64,000 nucleotides of DNA from Vermamoeba vermiformis (Eukaryota), in contig JBEWZL010000163.1 in the NCBI GenBank assembly GCA_045837725.1, positions 372,001 through 436,000 of the forward strand, in the 5' to 3' direction. The notes below the pieces were generated by a model. It worked only from the letters and a program-made list of their open reading frames with translations. It did no database searches and was not told the DNA's origin. Shown in pieces: positions 12,409 through 25,208 of this stretch (position 1 is its first letter; the number at the start of each line of letters is the position of its first letter). The position numbers and the translations under genes are program-made.

Positions 12409-14652
12409 TTACATACTATCTTTTTTGCCAGAACTTATTGTTATAGGCACGCACATATTATTCGCTACTTGCGCGCTCTTGGAAGGCATAGTCATGCCCA
12501 TAACAACTCCTTTCAAATATTTTAATACTAGCTGAATTGATCCTCGTCGTTCTTTAATTTCAATGTCCCAATCATTGCCTTCAAGCTTCAATTCCTAAAA
12601 TAGAAAAGTTAGATCCGCTACAAAAAAATTCTTGCAAAGATTGATTTTGAAGCCGTACTTTTAACCCGTCTAGCAGTCCTAAGCTCGCAGGCAGAAATTT
12701 CAAATTGTTAAAACTCAAATTAAGTACTTTGAGTTTCTTCAGCTGTGCTATTGACTCGCTAAGTTTGACCAATTTGCAGTTGCTCACATCCAGCTGTTCC
12801 AAGTTCGATAATTTTCCGATGGCATCGGGTAATACTGTCAATGGATTGTTATCCAAATACAACCACGTGAGTTTGGTCAATTTTGAAATATCGCTTGGTA
12901 CGGTCGTGATGCCACAGTTTGACGCGTGAAGAATTTCCAAATCAGGCAATCTTTGCAGAAATTCTCTCGATAAGGAAGTGATCCGTTTGTTGCCGTCAAT
13001 ATTGATCGATTGTAATGTCGTTAAGTTGTAAATGACAGGCGGAATTTCTTCAAAATCGCAGTGACTCAGATTCAGTTCCTTCAAGCGCGTGAGATTCACG
13101 AACTCTGGCGGAAAATCTCGCAACGGGAGATTAGAGAAATTGATTCCTTCGAGTGAAGTCAAGAATCCTATAACTGCTGGCACGTGCTGGATGTTCATCC
13201 ATGACTCGAGTTGCAAATATTTAGCTGAGATCACGTGGTGGTCCATGATATACTGTGCGGCAGTTTTATATTCATAACTCGATTGTTTTGAGCCTAAATA
13301 TGGATATTAAGTATAAATAAAGTAAACTTGAATGATTTTATCGAGATGTAGCGTGACACTTGAACATGACAGGTGTCAAAAGAATTTGCGCTAGATTGAT
13401 ACTTACTGATATATAAGCCTTGAAATTGGCGTTTAAATATCGCACTCCAATTGATTTCGCGGTCATTTATCGGCACGGGCTTGACGCGCGGAAAATGATA
13501 GACAAACATTTCTTGCCATAACTTGTTGTCCATGGCTTCGGCGTAAAACTGCGCTGAAACTCTATAAAACCAATGTCAGATATGTAATTACTATGAGATT
13601 CGTGTTTTTCATGAAGTTGATTGTGCTGCGAATTGTACTTTACAACTTTAATTCAGCGGTTAGAAAAACTGAATAAATATTGCAATAAATAGGGGTGATT
13701 ATTAGGATATTATAGGATACTTACTGAGCGGTTTTGAGAAGATCTTTGTATCCCAAATAATGAAATATGGAATAGTAAATTTCGCCGGAAAGTAGATCAA
13801 AAACAGTCGTAGATGCCGATCCAGAATCATTTTCTTCGGCCAACGAACTTTCGACACTGTCTATTGGGCTGACATATGACGTATCAGCCGACTTGGGTCG
13901 TTCTAACAGAGGATTTGACTTCATTTTCGGTACGACATCTGCGACAGCCATGTACTTCGAAGAGATCTTTCGTTTGAATAGCAAAGGTGATGTTTTTGTC
14001 TTTTTCGCTTCATCGTCAGTCGGTTCTTTTGTCGCCTGCTTGATAATTAGTAACCTCGCAGATACTTTCGAAATCCAAATTTAGATCGAACTTGGAAAAA
14101 GCTAAAACAGAAAATATCTGAAATTCGCAACGTCTTATATCCATACCATTTGGCCTACTATGCATTTTATCCATTGATCTCGCTCAGTTTCAGTATCCGA
14201 ATGAATTACCATGCGTCTTGTCACATGATCCACAATAAATACGTTGAGCTTCGTCTTGTGCCGATAAATCTGCAATATATCTCGTATTTTGTATTCTTTT
14301 TTGTTGTTTCTAATGATATTTTGGCTCGTCGTTACTTTCCGTTCCTCCGTGGCGACGAGATGCAGACCCGTACATGTCAACATCAGAGTAAAAATCTTCA
14401 ATTTGTTTTTTAATAGCCTCCCCTCTATTCTGACTACTCCTTCTTTGACTATTAGCCTAATATAATTTAATTAAAATTGGTTCAAGTACGGAAAAAGAGT
14501 TTTAAAACGGGCATCTGAAATAAAATTCTATCAAATGACGCCTAATGAAAAAAAATTGCATAAAATATATTATAAATAATTCATGACAGCAAATTTTACT
14601 GAAATTACTTCATATTGACTTACGAAGATCCGCTGTCATCGTTTCGCTCCAT
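12409..14652 (-). CDS. PH domain - F-box - leucine-rich repeat protein, multi-exon
   Basis: PH (IVKEGVVRI...HSDTETERDQWIKCI), F-box (LLSGEIYYSIFHYLGYKDLLKTAQ|VS...NKLW) and about 8 LxxLxLxxN repeats in 12650-13200. Confidence 0.85.
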
Positions 14653-14887
14653 TATTATCCTGGTTAAATTCTTATTCGTTGTGGTAGCATCTATTATACT
14701 TCTTTAACGATTAAAATGTTGTGTTATACAAGCGGAGATTGAAATAAAGAAAAGTATTGGAGATCCCCAACACCGTCAAATTTCAAAACGTAATTTGTGA
14801 ACCAGATACACTAGTATCGTAGTTCTCATCTAATCTCGTAAACCAAGCCATATGTTCGCCGTTTGAAAGATTTATTTACATAAGAGA

Positions 14888-16109
14888 TCAGATTCGGTAC
14901 TCGCGTGGAACTCGGATGTACAACAAGGGCTCCGTCCGCATACAAAATGACATCACCATTGCTGGTAAGCTGCATAAAGACCCCACGACGGCTATAATAT
15001 AATCATAAAGTCAGCAATCTCTACTAGCAAATTCGAGCCGTAAATTATTGAATCGAAACTCAGCGAAATAAATTCTTGTGGACATAAACAGCTAGCAATA
15101 TTAAAATATGGCTATCGATAGATTATATTATATTGTGGCTAACGTACCTGCTACCCAGCCAAATGAAGGACCCCAGGTTGTTGAAACGTAAGAGATCTCA
15201 AACGTGCCGTAGAACGAGTAACAAGTCTTCTGAAACTTTGTACAAGGTATAAGATTTGATTTATCGCTCCTGATAATATGTTAATTGCACGAAGAGAAGG
15301 CAGAAGAATAGCAGATTTAGGCCGCGGATCCAAATTGCAAAATTGTTACTTGACTTACCCTAAGGCTAAAGGCAGCGTAAAGAAGAAGCATGTGGCACCT
15401 ACGATAGCTATTGATGCTAGAATTGATATAGAGACGACTAAGAACTTGTACGGGGTCAGATCGAAGGTAGTATTCTTTCGACGTCTAAAGTAGGCCAGTA
15501 AGAGGAACAAAATGACCAATGAGTGCGTGACCACACTTGCAACGACAAGGTAATTACATAGTCCGAATAGCAAGGTTGTTGAAGGCTCTTCGGTCGTTAC
15601 GTCATTCCATAGAACCTGCGAGACAGATGAGGTTCGGATTCGGGTCTGGCGATCGAAAATTCGTTTAAAGAGGACTTAGTACTTACTACAGTCGTGTTAA
15701 ATGGCGTTGTCCCGATAAATGATACAGTGTGGACGCCATCAAAGTACCAAAACGATTCCTTTTCAGATATGATCGAGTCTTGCTCTACAATAACATAGTA
15801 CCTGTTCATTTTAGCAATATTAGATCCTTCTTATCAGATGCCGAAACTTTTACAAAATTAAATGATAAGGCGTACAGAAACGGGATCACGCAATAATGAA
15901 ATTTGTTTGTAAAATTCCAGATGCGTCTGTCGACCCATCTTTTCGTGCCATGAAATGTACATTTACATATATCAGATAATCCGTTGGTAAATAAATTTAC
16001 GGGAGTAAGTATAGACGAGATCTTACCAAGGCGAAAAGAGTGATAACAGCGAGGCTGCAACTACTATTCCAGCAGCGACAGAGTGGAGGCCATATAAAGA
16101 AAACACCAT
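14888..16109 (-). CDS. Claudin/PMP22/amastin-like four-TM membrane protein
   Basis: Spliced: MVFSLYGLHSVAAGIVVAASLLSLFSPW|YYV..., two central TM helices, CYSFYG...TWGPSFGWVA, then a last TM and TGA at 14888-14890. Confidence 0.7.
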
Positions 16110-16507
16110 AAAATAACTTTAATATCGCCTTGTTACCGACATCCGCGTGGAAAATATAAAAAATGAAACGGCACCCCGATCTTTGAGCCTCACCGAACAA
16201 GCTCTTTTAGTACCTTCAGGATTAACACATCTGGAAACGGGTTACACCCGCGACCGCCGGTTCATATCCAATGAAGTATGGTGATTCGCCATCACGAAAG
16301 CCAAACTGTGTTTCTCGGATCTTCCAGATGCACAGCAAAGTGAACTTAGTATCGCCGAAGCTTCCTCGCTTTCTATCGCTCGGGCCGAATAAATTTCATC
16401 GGGAAAAAATCAATCGACGGAGCGGGAGCATGTGCCAGCCCAGTTAAAAAGCCAAAAACGAATCGTTTCTCAGTTCTACACGATCACACAACTAACCGAC
16501 ACAAAAG

Positions 16508-18269
16508 ATGACCGACAAAGCTGCTAAACCAGAAGATTTACGCATCAAGCCCGACTACGATCCTCGTACTATTCGCGAGTATATGAACGCTGAGCAGATC
16601 GCTATTTTGGAGCAGTTCCGTGCATCCTTGAGCGAGATTTATACCACCAAGTTAACAAAACGCCAAGAACTCTTCTTAACAGATTCAACATTATGCAGAT
16701 ATTTGCGTGCACGAGGTAAATATTTGTTTCCTTCGGTCGGGGCAGTGTAATTTTCTCCGATCCGTTGCATCCCGAACAATTTTAGACCCGACAGCTCGGT
16801 CTCGTGCTAATTTCTCAAAATAGTAATACATTAATTTTTATCATTATTCTAACGCTCGGCCTGTTTTTTGAGACCATCGGAAGAGAGATCTTCCGTAGCC
16901 GCCAAAATATCTAATCAAAATTAACTAATTTAATTAGATTGGAAGCTTAAAAAGGCTCAACAAATGCTCGTGAATTCGCTCAAATGGCAGCGAGAATACA
17001 AACCTTGGAGAATCGTTCCTGATGACGTCCTTGGCGAGCTGAAAAATGAAGGCAAATTGTATCATAACGGCTACGATAAATACGGAAGACCGGCTATCTA
17101 TATGAAGCCTCGTCACGACACTACAGGCGCCAAAGAAAGGTAAAAATCTTTTGCAACGGATCTTCTAGAAAGCGATCCGCGATTCCCGTTTAATCGCATT
17201 ACTAACTCTGCGGTATTATAGAGTGGCCAAAGTAGAATCTATCGTGCTTTCATTGGATCTTTTAACACGATTAGCGTAAGCAAACGCCAGATGCGTTTAT
17301 AACAATTGCTGGCAGTAAATTAATTGATTTAATTTGTTTAGTGAGACTAAAGGCCGCGAGAAAGTTACACTTGTTGTCGACTTTAAGAGCTTCAGTCAGC
17401 TCACTGGCATGTCTCAAATTAAAATCAGTCAAGAGTTTATGAAAATTTTGTCGGATCACATGCCTGGTAAGTACTCCGCTTTCAAATATTATTATCAAGG
17501 CACATTGTAACGTTGGTTTATATAGAACGTTTGGGCAATGCACTTATTGTTAATGCTCCTTGGATTTGGGGTGTTTTCTGGAAGGTATGTCGGATCGCGT
17601 TTAAAAAACAATTTCTTTAGTAATTTGGTTACTAATACAATTTTAATATAGATCATTAGTCCGTTAATTGACGATGTCACTAAGCAAAAAGTTAAGATTT
17701 TGAAGCACACTACAGATCTCCTCCAATACTTTACCGAGGATCAATTAGAAAAGGACTATGGAGGCAAGAACGAGTACAAATATGATTTTGAGACTTATAA
17801 GAAATATTTGGACGAGTTGTACACGCAGTTCCACAACCGCCCACCAAAATCAAGCCGTGGACACCAAGAATCTACCTCGGATGCGACTGATACTAGCAAA
17901 GAAGAGCACGCTAAGGAGCACAAATCGAAGGACAAGCACAAGGACAAGAAGGACAAGAAAGATAAGAAGGATAAGCCCGAACATCACGAAGACGAATCTA
18001 AATCCGAGAAGGATCACTCGATCTCGCACCACGAGCATTCAAAAGAAGAGCATTCTAAGGAACATCACTCACATGCTAGCAAAGAACACCATTCTAAAGA
18101 AGAGCACTCGCATTCTCATCACGAGCATCACTCGAAAGAAGAGGATCACTCAAAGGAAGAACATAAACAAAAGGAACACAAGCATAAGGACAAGAAAGAA
18201 AAGAAAGATAAGAAGCATAGAGATGCCGCGACTAAGGAGGCTACTGAAGAGGTACCCGAGTCCAAATAA
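16508..18269 (+). CDS. CRAL-TRIO/Sec14 lipid-binding protein with a His/Lys/Glu-rich C-terminal tail
   Basis: LTDSTLCRYLRAR, GYDKYGRP, LVVDFKSFS, DHMP|ERLGNALIVNAPWIWGVFWK|IISPLIDDVTKQKV, QLEKDYGG. Confidence 0.9.
17900..18220 (+). repeat. Coding low-complexity repeat (HSKEEH / KDKK units)
   Basis: HSKEE/HSKEH-type units recur about 5 times, flanked by KDKHKDKKDKKDK blocks. Confidence 0.8.
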
Positions 18270-18486
18270 GATCCTCTAAAATTCGATCTTTTTTTGAAGT
18301 TTTGTTGCTTGCGAAAATACATTTGTTATTATAGTTTTATTTATTTTCAATAAATCGAAATTTCGATGAACGATTCCTTTGCTACGACAACGCTGCTCCT
18401 AGATCAGATCCTAGTTTTCTCCGATCTTGTAGGTATGTATTTGTTTATTGGTAACGGTTTAATAACGGCTAATCATAATCGATAGG

Positions 18487-18780
18487 TCACGAAAATAAGC
18501 GAATATGGACAACGCAGCTACCACGAGAACTTCGAGCCAGAGACACGTGCAGAGGGCTGATTGGACGTTTGTTGTGAGGCAGGACTGTCACTCGGCGAGC
18601 TTGTGCTTGATGGACTGTTTGGCGGTGGACTAGACAAGTCACTGGGCGTAGCAGTACTCGAAGAAGGTACGGCACTCGGCGGTGGTGGCACGCACAGTTG
18701 TAACCGGCACCGTTGCATTGCAAAGCAATGTTTGTCAAACCCACCATAATTAACATCATGATGTAGTAGGTTTAACTAGG
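18487..18780 (-). pseudogene. Possibly frameshifted remnant of a small Cys-containing, Ser/Pro-rich, GPI-anchor-type surface protein
   Basis: CNGAGYNCAC, PPPPSAVPSSSTATPS...SARVSG and the hydrophobic LEVLVVAALSIFAYF lie in three successive different frames. Confidence 0.35.
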
Positions 18781-19370
18781 CCCTATTTCCCTTCAATTAC
18801 GTTAGTTTCAGTCATGATGAGATATTGCGTGGTGGAGCACCTCCGTTCAAGATTTGTTTTTACCTTATTGCTTGCCTTAGCACGTAGTGCACAACCATTG
18901 AAACGATGGATCCGCCTAGTTGAAATTCTATCTATTTTCTAGCATTCATATGGCTATATGATAGCTCTTTGTTGCATTAATAACTTAAAGCGTAGAATAA
19001 CCTTCAATGGGCAAAATAATTTAGCTTTGCACCTCGATATAAATTTCATTTAGCACGCTTTATCATCGAATATGGTAGCGCCTGTAAAGTTATTAATTAG
19101 ATCCGCGACTGACCGGCATACACAGATCCGTTCCCAAAAAGGAATTTCGAGGCACGTTAGCAGAATCGCGGCGATTTGCGATGACTTCCGTTCTGTGTTC
19201 CGAAATTCGCTTTTTCATGAACGACAGAACAAGTGGCAGGTAATTTCACCGATGTTTCACCACGTGGCGTCCCGCGGGATTTTTGCGCCGGGCCCGATGA
19301 ATTTACAATTATTAGTTTGAGATTGGACACAACACCACACATCGATCAATTCTGTAGGTGTATAGATCAT

Positions 19371-21860
19371 ATGTATAATACAACTATGTCACTCTCAGGC
19401 AACAGTTCAGATTCTGTAAGTCGAGATCCGATCCGGTTGGCGAACGAACTTTTTTTCTTTTAATGAGCATAAATGTGCCTTATTTGGCAAATGCCTTTTC
19501 GGATAATCTTATTATTGGTTATTAATCCTTTGTATGTTATATAGGACGATAAGTATCCCCGCGATTTCACCGTACAAACACCAAGCCAAAAAGTCGGATG
19601 GCTTTTGAAGAAAACAAAATCAATAGGAAAGAATCGCTATAGTCCTATATGGGTTGAAATAGACGAGGTATTTAATATAATTATTATCTTTGTGTTTCAA
19701 CATTCAAATTTTCCTGTTTTGGATTTGAATGTAAAACTAATTTTAGCTTGTAGTTGCATCAATCAGTCTCTTGCTTCTCGAAAGAGTCTTACTTAGGTGC
19801 CCTTAAAAGCGAGAAACTATTAACGTTTGAAATCGACAATGCGAAAGTGACATCTGGCTTGTCTAAACGAGGAAAATTCTTGATTACCATTGTCGATAAA
19901 AATCGGAAAAAGTAAGCTCGGACAATTACAATAATTGCATCGCATAGTCGTTAATTCTCCGATTAGATACGTATTTGCAGCTAAGACAGCAGAGGACCAA
20001 AAATCTTGGTTGGATTCGCTGAACAGCGCTTTGCAAAGCAAAAACTCGAAGTCTTGCGTTCTTAAAAGTACGTACATACCATCTTATATTGGAATCTAAC
20101 TTCGAATGCAGGATGGATTGATGACAAAGAAACATTGGATCAGATTGAGTTTACGGCAGATATTTTTAGAAGCTTGGATGACAGCCCTAAGCCAGGGACT
20201 TCATCAGAACTATCGTCTAATGTCACTACAGCAGCTGATTTATCTGAAAGCGACCAAGATATCGAAGAAGATAATATTTCTGCGGATGTCGAGAAAGATC
20301 TGAAACGCGCGTTGTACTCCATGTTTTTACTGGATGTGGACGGCAACTTGACTTTATTCGGAGATGTAGTGCACGGACAGACCACTCTGTTGTTCTTTTT
20401 AAGGCATTTTGGCTGGTACGTCCTTATTTGATTCAGTTTTGCAAACGGGAAATTGTTTCGCCACGGACACGTCATCTTTCCTAATCAGGATAAAATTTAT
20501 TTCGCTTGGAGTTAGTCGACTATCGTGACTAATTGAATCGCCTTATTTAGCATTTTATGGAGAGCAGCAGTCGAAGAAGTTATTGAAAAGAGAGAGATCC
20601 TCGAAAGGTGGTAAGTTGAGCGGGATCCAGTGCTTGACCCAATGACTTACTCAGTCTTATTTAGTGGTATTCGCGTTGCAGCCATCGGCAACGGCACGCC
20701 AGAGATGGCGCGAGAGTTCTTGAAGGACTACCCGAAGTTCCCTGGTAGCTTGTTTGTCGATCCAGACAAGAAAGTGTACAACGCCATGCACTGCAAGTTT
20801 GGAGTCAAATGTGCGCTCAGTGCCGAAGTACTTCAGAATATACGCGAGGCATGCAAAAAGGGATACAAACAGAAAGGCATTCAAGGAGATCCATTGTACG
20901 TTTTATTTTTTGACACGCGCACGCGTTACAAGTGTCAGAATTTCAGACCTAACTTTGCGTTTATTTCAGGCAACTCGGAGGTACTTTTATAATTAGTCCG
21001 ACTCAAGGCATGATATACAGAAGACTAGAGAACTATATTGGCTCTAACACTGACCTTCCATCGTACGTAAACACATCCGCCCAGAAATTTTATCAATTTT
21101 CTGTCAATTGAACTTTTAGTAACATTTTCTATTTAGACTTATCCCATTTATTACTGAATACTCGCGCAATCATCCGCAAACTACTTGGCAATATACCGAT
21201 GTAAATACAGTTAGCCCGCAGAGCTCTGATTACACGTTCAATTTTTACCAAGACAACTTTGCCTTACAACGTAAGAATAATAGTTTTAGACTAAGGCCGG
21301 GACTAATAATACTTTACTATGCAGAACATACCATTTATGTGCATCCTCGCAACGAAAAATTTGCCTCAAGTTTGATCCTCGCAGTGGTAGATCTGAAACA
21401 AGGCGATTACAAATGTATAGCTTTTCATGCTAAAGTAAGGAATGATTATGGTTATAATAGTCGAGTATGTGCTTATACTATCGTATAGGGCAAGACTAAG
21501 CTATACTGGCCGAATTATTTGAGCCGAGCCCAAATGTTCGAACAAATGATTCAAAGAATTTACGGCACTACCAACGACCAGGAATTCATTAAGGTATGCA
21601 TTATTAATAAGTATAGTATATACGTAATCACATACTAATCAACTCTTATTTAGGTGAATCGAAATCCATTAATAGCGGACAAATTGTATGTTTTGGAAGA
21701 AACAATTAATCGCTGCTTGTCAACGAGCGAGAACAGCGATAAAATGATAGCAGCACTTGAAGAAACGACGCAAGTGTTAGTACAGCACGGCATTGCGAAC
21801 AATATTGGCAGTCCTTTACTTGGATCCAGTTCCAGTAATAGCCTTGTTGGAGCATCATAA
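19371..21860 (+). CDS. PH domain + AhpC/TSA-like (PRXL2-type thioredoxin fold) + C-terminal domain resembling the RapGAP N-terminal lobe, multi-exon
   Basis: PH (KVGWLLKK...AAKTAEDQKSWLDSL), LLFFLRHFG|CILW, VAAIGNGT, LFVDPDKKVY, GIQGDPL|QLGGTFII. The start may be 19371 or 19386. Confidence 0.8.
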
Positions 21861-21893
21861 ACAAGTGTATTATTACATCCTAATTAATCATTT

Positions 21894-23174
21894 TTATTCA
21901 CTCGGTGAATAATTATTGATAACACTATCATACATCGAGGTTAAATATTCGAACCGGTGCAGAAACTGCTGCTCGTTACAGTTGTCCAACAACAGCCAAT
22001 TCACGAGCATGTCGTACTCTTGATCTTGATTTACTTCAGAAAACACATATCCGAACATCTCCGATTCTGGTGGCGCATAGACTTGGTACCGGTTCGGATC
22101 CGGGTGGTAAGTGTCAACGTGAGTGTCATAGTTGACATGTACATTTTGATGTTGTGAGGCACTGTAATTGGTATATACTTGATGGTTTGTATTATAGGTG
22201 CCGTTGTTACTATACATGTTTGTATTATAGGTGCCGTTGTTACTATACATGTATGCATAAGGAAGATTTGCATTCGGAGCAATCGGAGGACAGGCCTGTC
22301 AAAGAGTACGTCTCAGTGAGATGAGTTTGGTGATTTCTACGCAACTAACTTACGTGATAGGTATTATCTACATAAGAAGGATTTGATTGCATATACATGT
22401 TACCATCTTGAGGAGAAGGATCGTTTGAGAACTCACTGGGGTTCGAATCCGGGGTGGAAACCTCGGATGTACTTTCCGAAGAGTATCTAATACGCTTTAA
22501 GGGACTCTCGCCTTCACATTCTGTGCTAGCAGAGCGTTTCAGGCCTCTCTCCTGGTCTTTAGGCTTGATTCGTTCGAGCTGGCTACGTAACTCATTAATG
22601 AAAGGCTCGCTTCCAACTTCGTGGAGCAATATTGCTGTAGCATCGAATTCTTCGTGGTAATAGACAATCATAGGACTAGTTCTTTTCCTGCTTTTGTAGT
22701 ATTTTTGAACGACGCTGGTAGATCTTTTCATCGCCGCGTAAAATGGGTCTATCTCCGCTTCTTTACTGTCTGATTTCGCTCCTTTAGGACTTTGCCCCGC
22801 TATTACCCAAATAAGAAGGTATGCCGCAAAAACTTGTCCTCTAGTCATGCAAATATCAGACCTAATAGGCAGATCGTTAGAAAGAATCCAAAGGAAAAAA
22901 CTCCTCTACATTTAAAAGAAAAATGTTTAATTATTTACAATACTTACAAATTTGTATATCCAAGACAACAGGCTATTAAGGCAAAAATGCTTTTCCGATC
23001 TTCAAAAATTTTGTGCGATCTAATAATGTCGAGTATCTTTGGCAACGCTTCAACCATCTTCCTCCAAGCCACTGGATCGACCGATTTGCTTGTAGTGCTG
23101 TAGATATTTGCTATCTCATTCTCCGCTAAAATTAATCTCTCCTCCGGGGAGCGCTCCGAAAAATTGGGCTCCAT
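21894..23174 (-). CDS. Orphan protein A (3 exons): helical N-terminal domain, basic NLS-like patch, Y/N/Q-rich tail
   Basis: ORFs 22944-23174, 22345-22848 and 21894-22250 joined by GT-AG introns. NLS-like LKRSAS...PLKRIR. Confidence 0.75.
22185..22250 (-). repeat. Perfect 33-bp tandem duplication in coding sequence (MYSNNGTYNTN x2)
   Basis: gtttgtattataggtgccgttgttactatacat occurs twice in tandem. Confidence 0.9.
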
Positions 23175-23426
23175 TCCTTATTGCTTTACTCACATGATGA
23201 GGAATTGCTAATGCGGTCATATTCGTTTTTATTATATTTGATGTGCTGCACCATACTAGAATTCATTTTGAAGTGCGAGTGTGAATCGCAAAACAAAAAG
23301 TGAGTCAGCCACGTGACTTTGAAGAATTGAAAACAGTGTTATTTTTTCCAATCAAGTCATTTATTTGACATAAATTCGTTACATAATACCATATATCGAT
23401 ATAGAAGGAAGTCTCCATGATTGGAA

Positions 23427-24617
23427 TTATTGTTTGCGTTCGAACAAAGTTTTCGGATCGCGGCCACTTTGCTGCATAGCGATTATCCGATCTCGCATTG
23501 GTATAAGAGTATTAATCATCTTTAATAGCACCATAGGATCGTTACGCGCCTTCTCTTCAATCATTTGCCAAACATGTTCTGGTACTCCAGTCTCTCGTTC
23601 GATCTTCGTCATTGGCACGAAATTATGTGCCTGATTATGAATAGATACCATTTGATTATATGGATTATTCATATTAGGTGGATAGGGTACTGGTTGAACT
23701 CCCCGAGGCACGTTTTGAGACCACATCTGCTGCAGAGGATTGGCGGGTTGGTAGTTCTGACTTGATTCATATACAACTCCATCCATTTGACTTCTTTGAC
23801 TCATTTGAACATCTTCCTCGGACATTTCAAGAGATTGGATGACGTCTAACTTTGTCTTCGATTTTTTAGCAGCTGGATCTGCAGCTTTATTTCCTCGAAC
23901 GAGAGGCCTAGTCGCAGGCGTCAATTTAATTAGCATCTGACTGAACTTTTCTTGATCAAATTTTACAACACAATCGCCAATGACTGGATTTTCCAAAGTC
24001 CATACTTCAGTTTCTTTATAATGCTTAATTAGGAAGTACTTGCTAAGACAATCGAACACCTTATCAATGCGCTCGTTTAACTGCCATAGAATATCAGTAT
24101 TTCCTGCGCGAGAGAAAGAAAACCAACGTCAATATGAAAAATCTAAAGAATTCAACTTACGTGGCTGTTTAGGCGTTTCAGGCTTGCCGTGGCTTCCTTT
24201 ATTACTTTTAATACGTATACATGCTATAGCGCCTAAAATAGTGCAGAAATATTCATTTGTAACCGAAATAAATCCAGGGCTGCATTTCAGATGTATCGTT
24301 AGTAATGTTATTATAGGGCTCTGTAGGCGTTCGTACCTATCTTGTGGCACTGTCTTAGCTATAGCGAATAAAAACAAGCCTTTATCGCTCAAAAAGTCCT
24401 TGTTGCTCTCAGTGGCTTCCTTCTCCAAGTAACGAAACAGATCTTCGTTCGTTTCCAGGATAGTCATGCTAATGTACGCCACGTAGTTGCTATCGGTCTT
24501 CTTAGGCATTGTAAAGCTCTTGTAACGCGGATGATTTTTCTCGAGGAGCAAAATGAAGTCGAATCCAAGGCGATCCGGAAGCTTTTCTGTCGTACTAAAG
24601 TTGGTGATAGAAGCCAT
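23427..24617 (-). CDS. Orphan protein B (2 exons), divergent paralog of A and C
   Basis: ORFs 24129-24617 and 23427-24059 joined by a short GT-AG intron at about 24105-24160. Basic AKKSKTK and a Q/P/N-rich tail. Confidence 0.8.
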
Positions 24618-25208
24618 AGTAATAGAGCGATGTCAATGTCGGAACAATGATGATAAAAAATGCAGAATAGAGTTTTATGCTTGCGTCCTCCGAGTGATTC
24701 TATTCTAAAAGAATAGAAAGTTTCGGTCGAAAAGAAAAGACTCACAAATCACGTGCAAGCAGAAGAAGAGACTTTCCTTGCGAATAAATTCATTCAAGTA
24801 ATATGCCACCCTATTATCGCATAGTGGCTTAAGAATTTGTTTCGCCGTAAGTTCAGGAAAGAATTCCTAAACTCTCGCGCATTCGAAATTGTTGAAATTA
24901 GAATAAACCAGCATGCTATTTAATTATGCCATTCTCTTGAGTGCAGGTCTTTGATAGGAGTCAAAACGTACCTTTGCACGGATGCGATCGGCCCGATCTT
25001 GGTCAGAAATGAAACCCTACAAACGCAACGGACGATCCTAGGATGCCTGTTTAGTGCTTGCTACTATCGAATTATAATGCTACCTACGTGGCTTGAGGGC
25101 TTCTGCTTGGAATGTCGGATCCTAAGTGTCGAAGCTACACTCAGGCTATTCTTAATGCTTATTTTTATTTACAATCAAATTTCCTATTTACAATATTCTC
25201 GTGTTAAA

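Noticed and set aside
13700-13724. U12-like GTATCCT/ATATCCT words at an intron start in the F-box gene
   Set aside because: The in-frame donor is the upstream canonical GTAAGT, and no U12 branch site was seen near the acceptor.
14400-14415. Apparent frameshift at an A-run in the PH exon
   Set aside because: Recounting gives six A residues, and the frame reads through as LLKNKLKIF.
16228-16330. Possible tRNA, tRNA-Sec or twister ribozyme
   Set aside because: No TTCRA T-loop, D-loop GG or 7-nt anticodon loop, and the twister core residues are incomplete. Kept only as an unclassified structure.
17758-18279. Long alternative-frame R/T/S-rich ORF and other antisense or shadow ORFs in the track
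   Set aside because: They are by-products of low-complexity or codon-biased real exons, with no independent splice or domain support.
20405-20565. Selenoprotein (SelU/SelL-like) candidate in the AhpC/TSA domain
   Set aside because: The spliced motif is TGC-ATT-TTA-TGG with no in-frame TGA.
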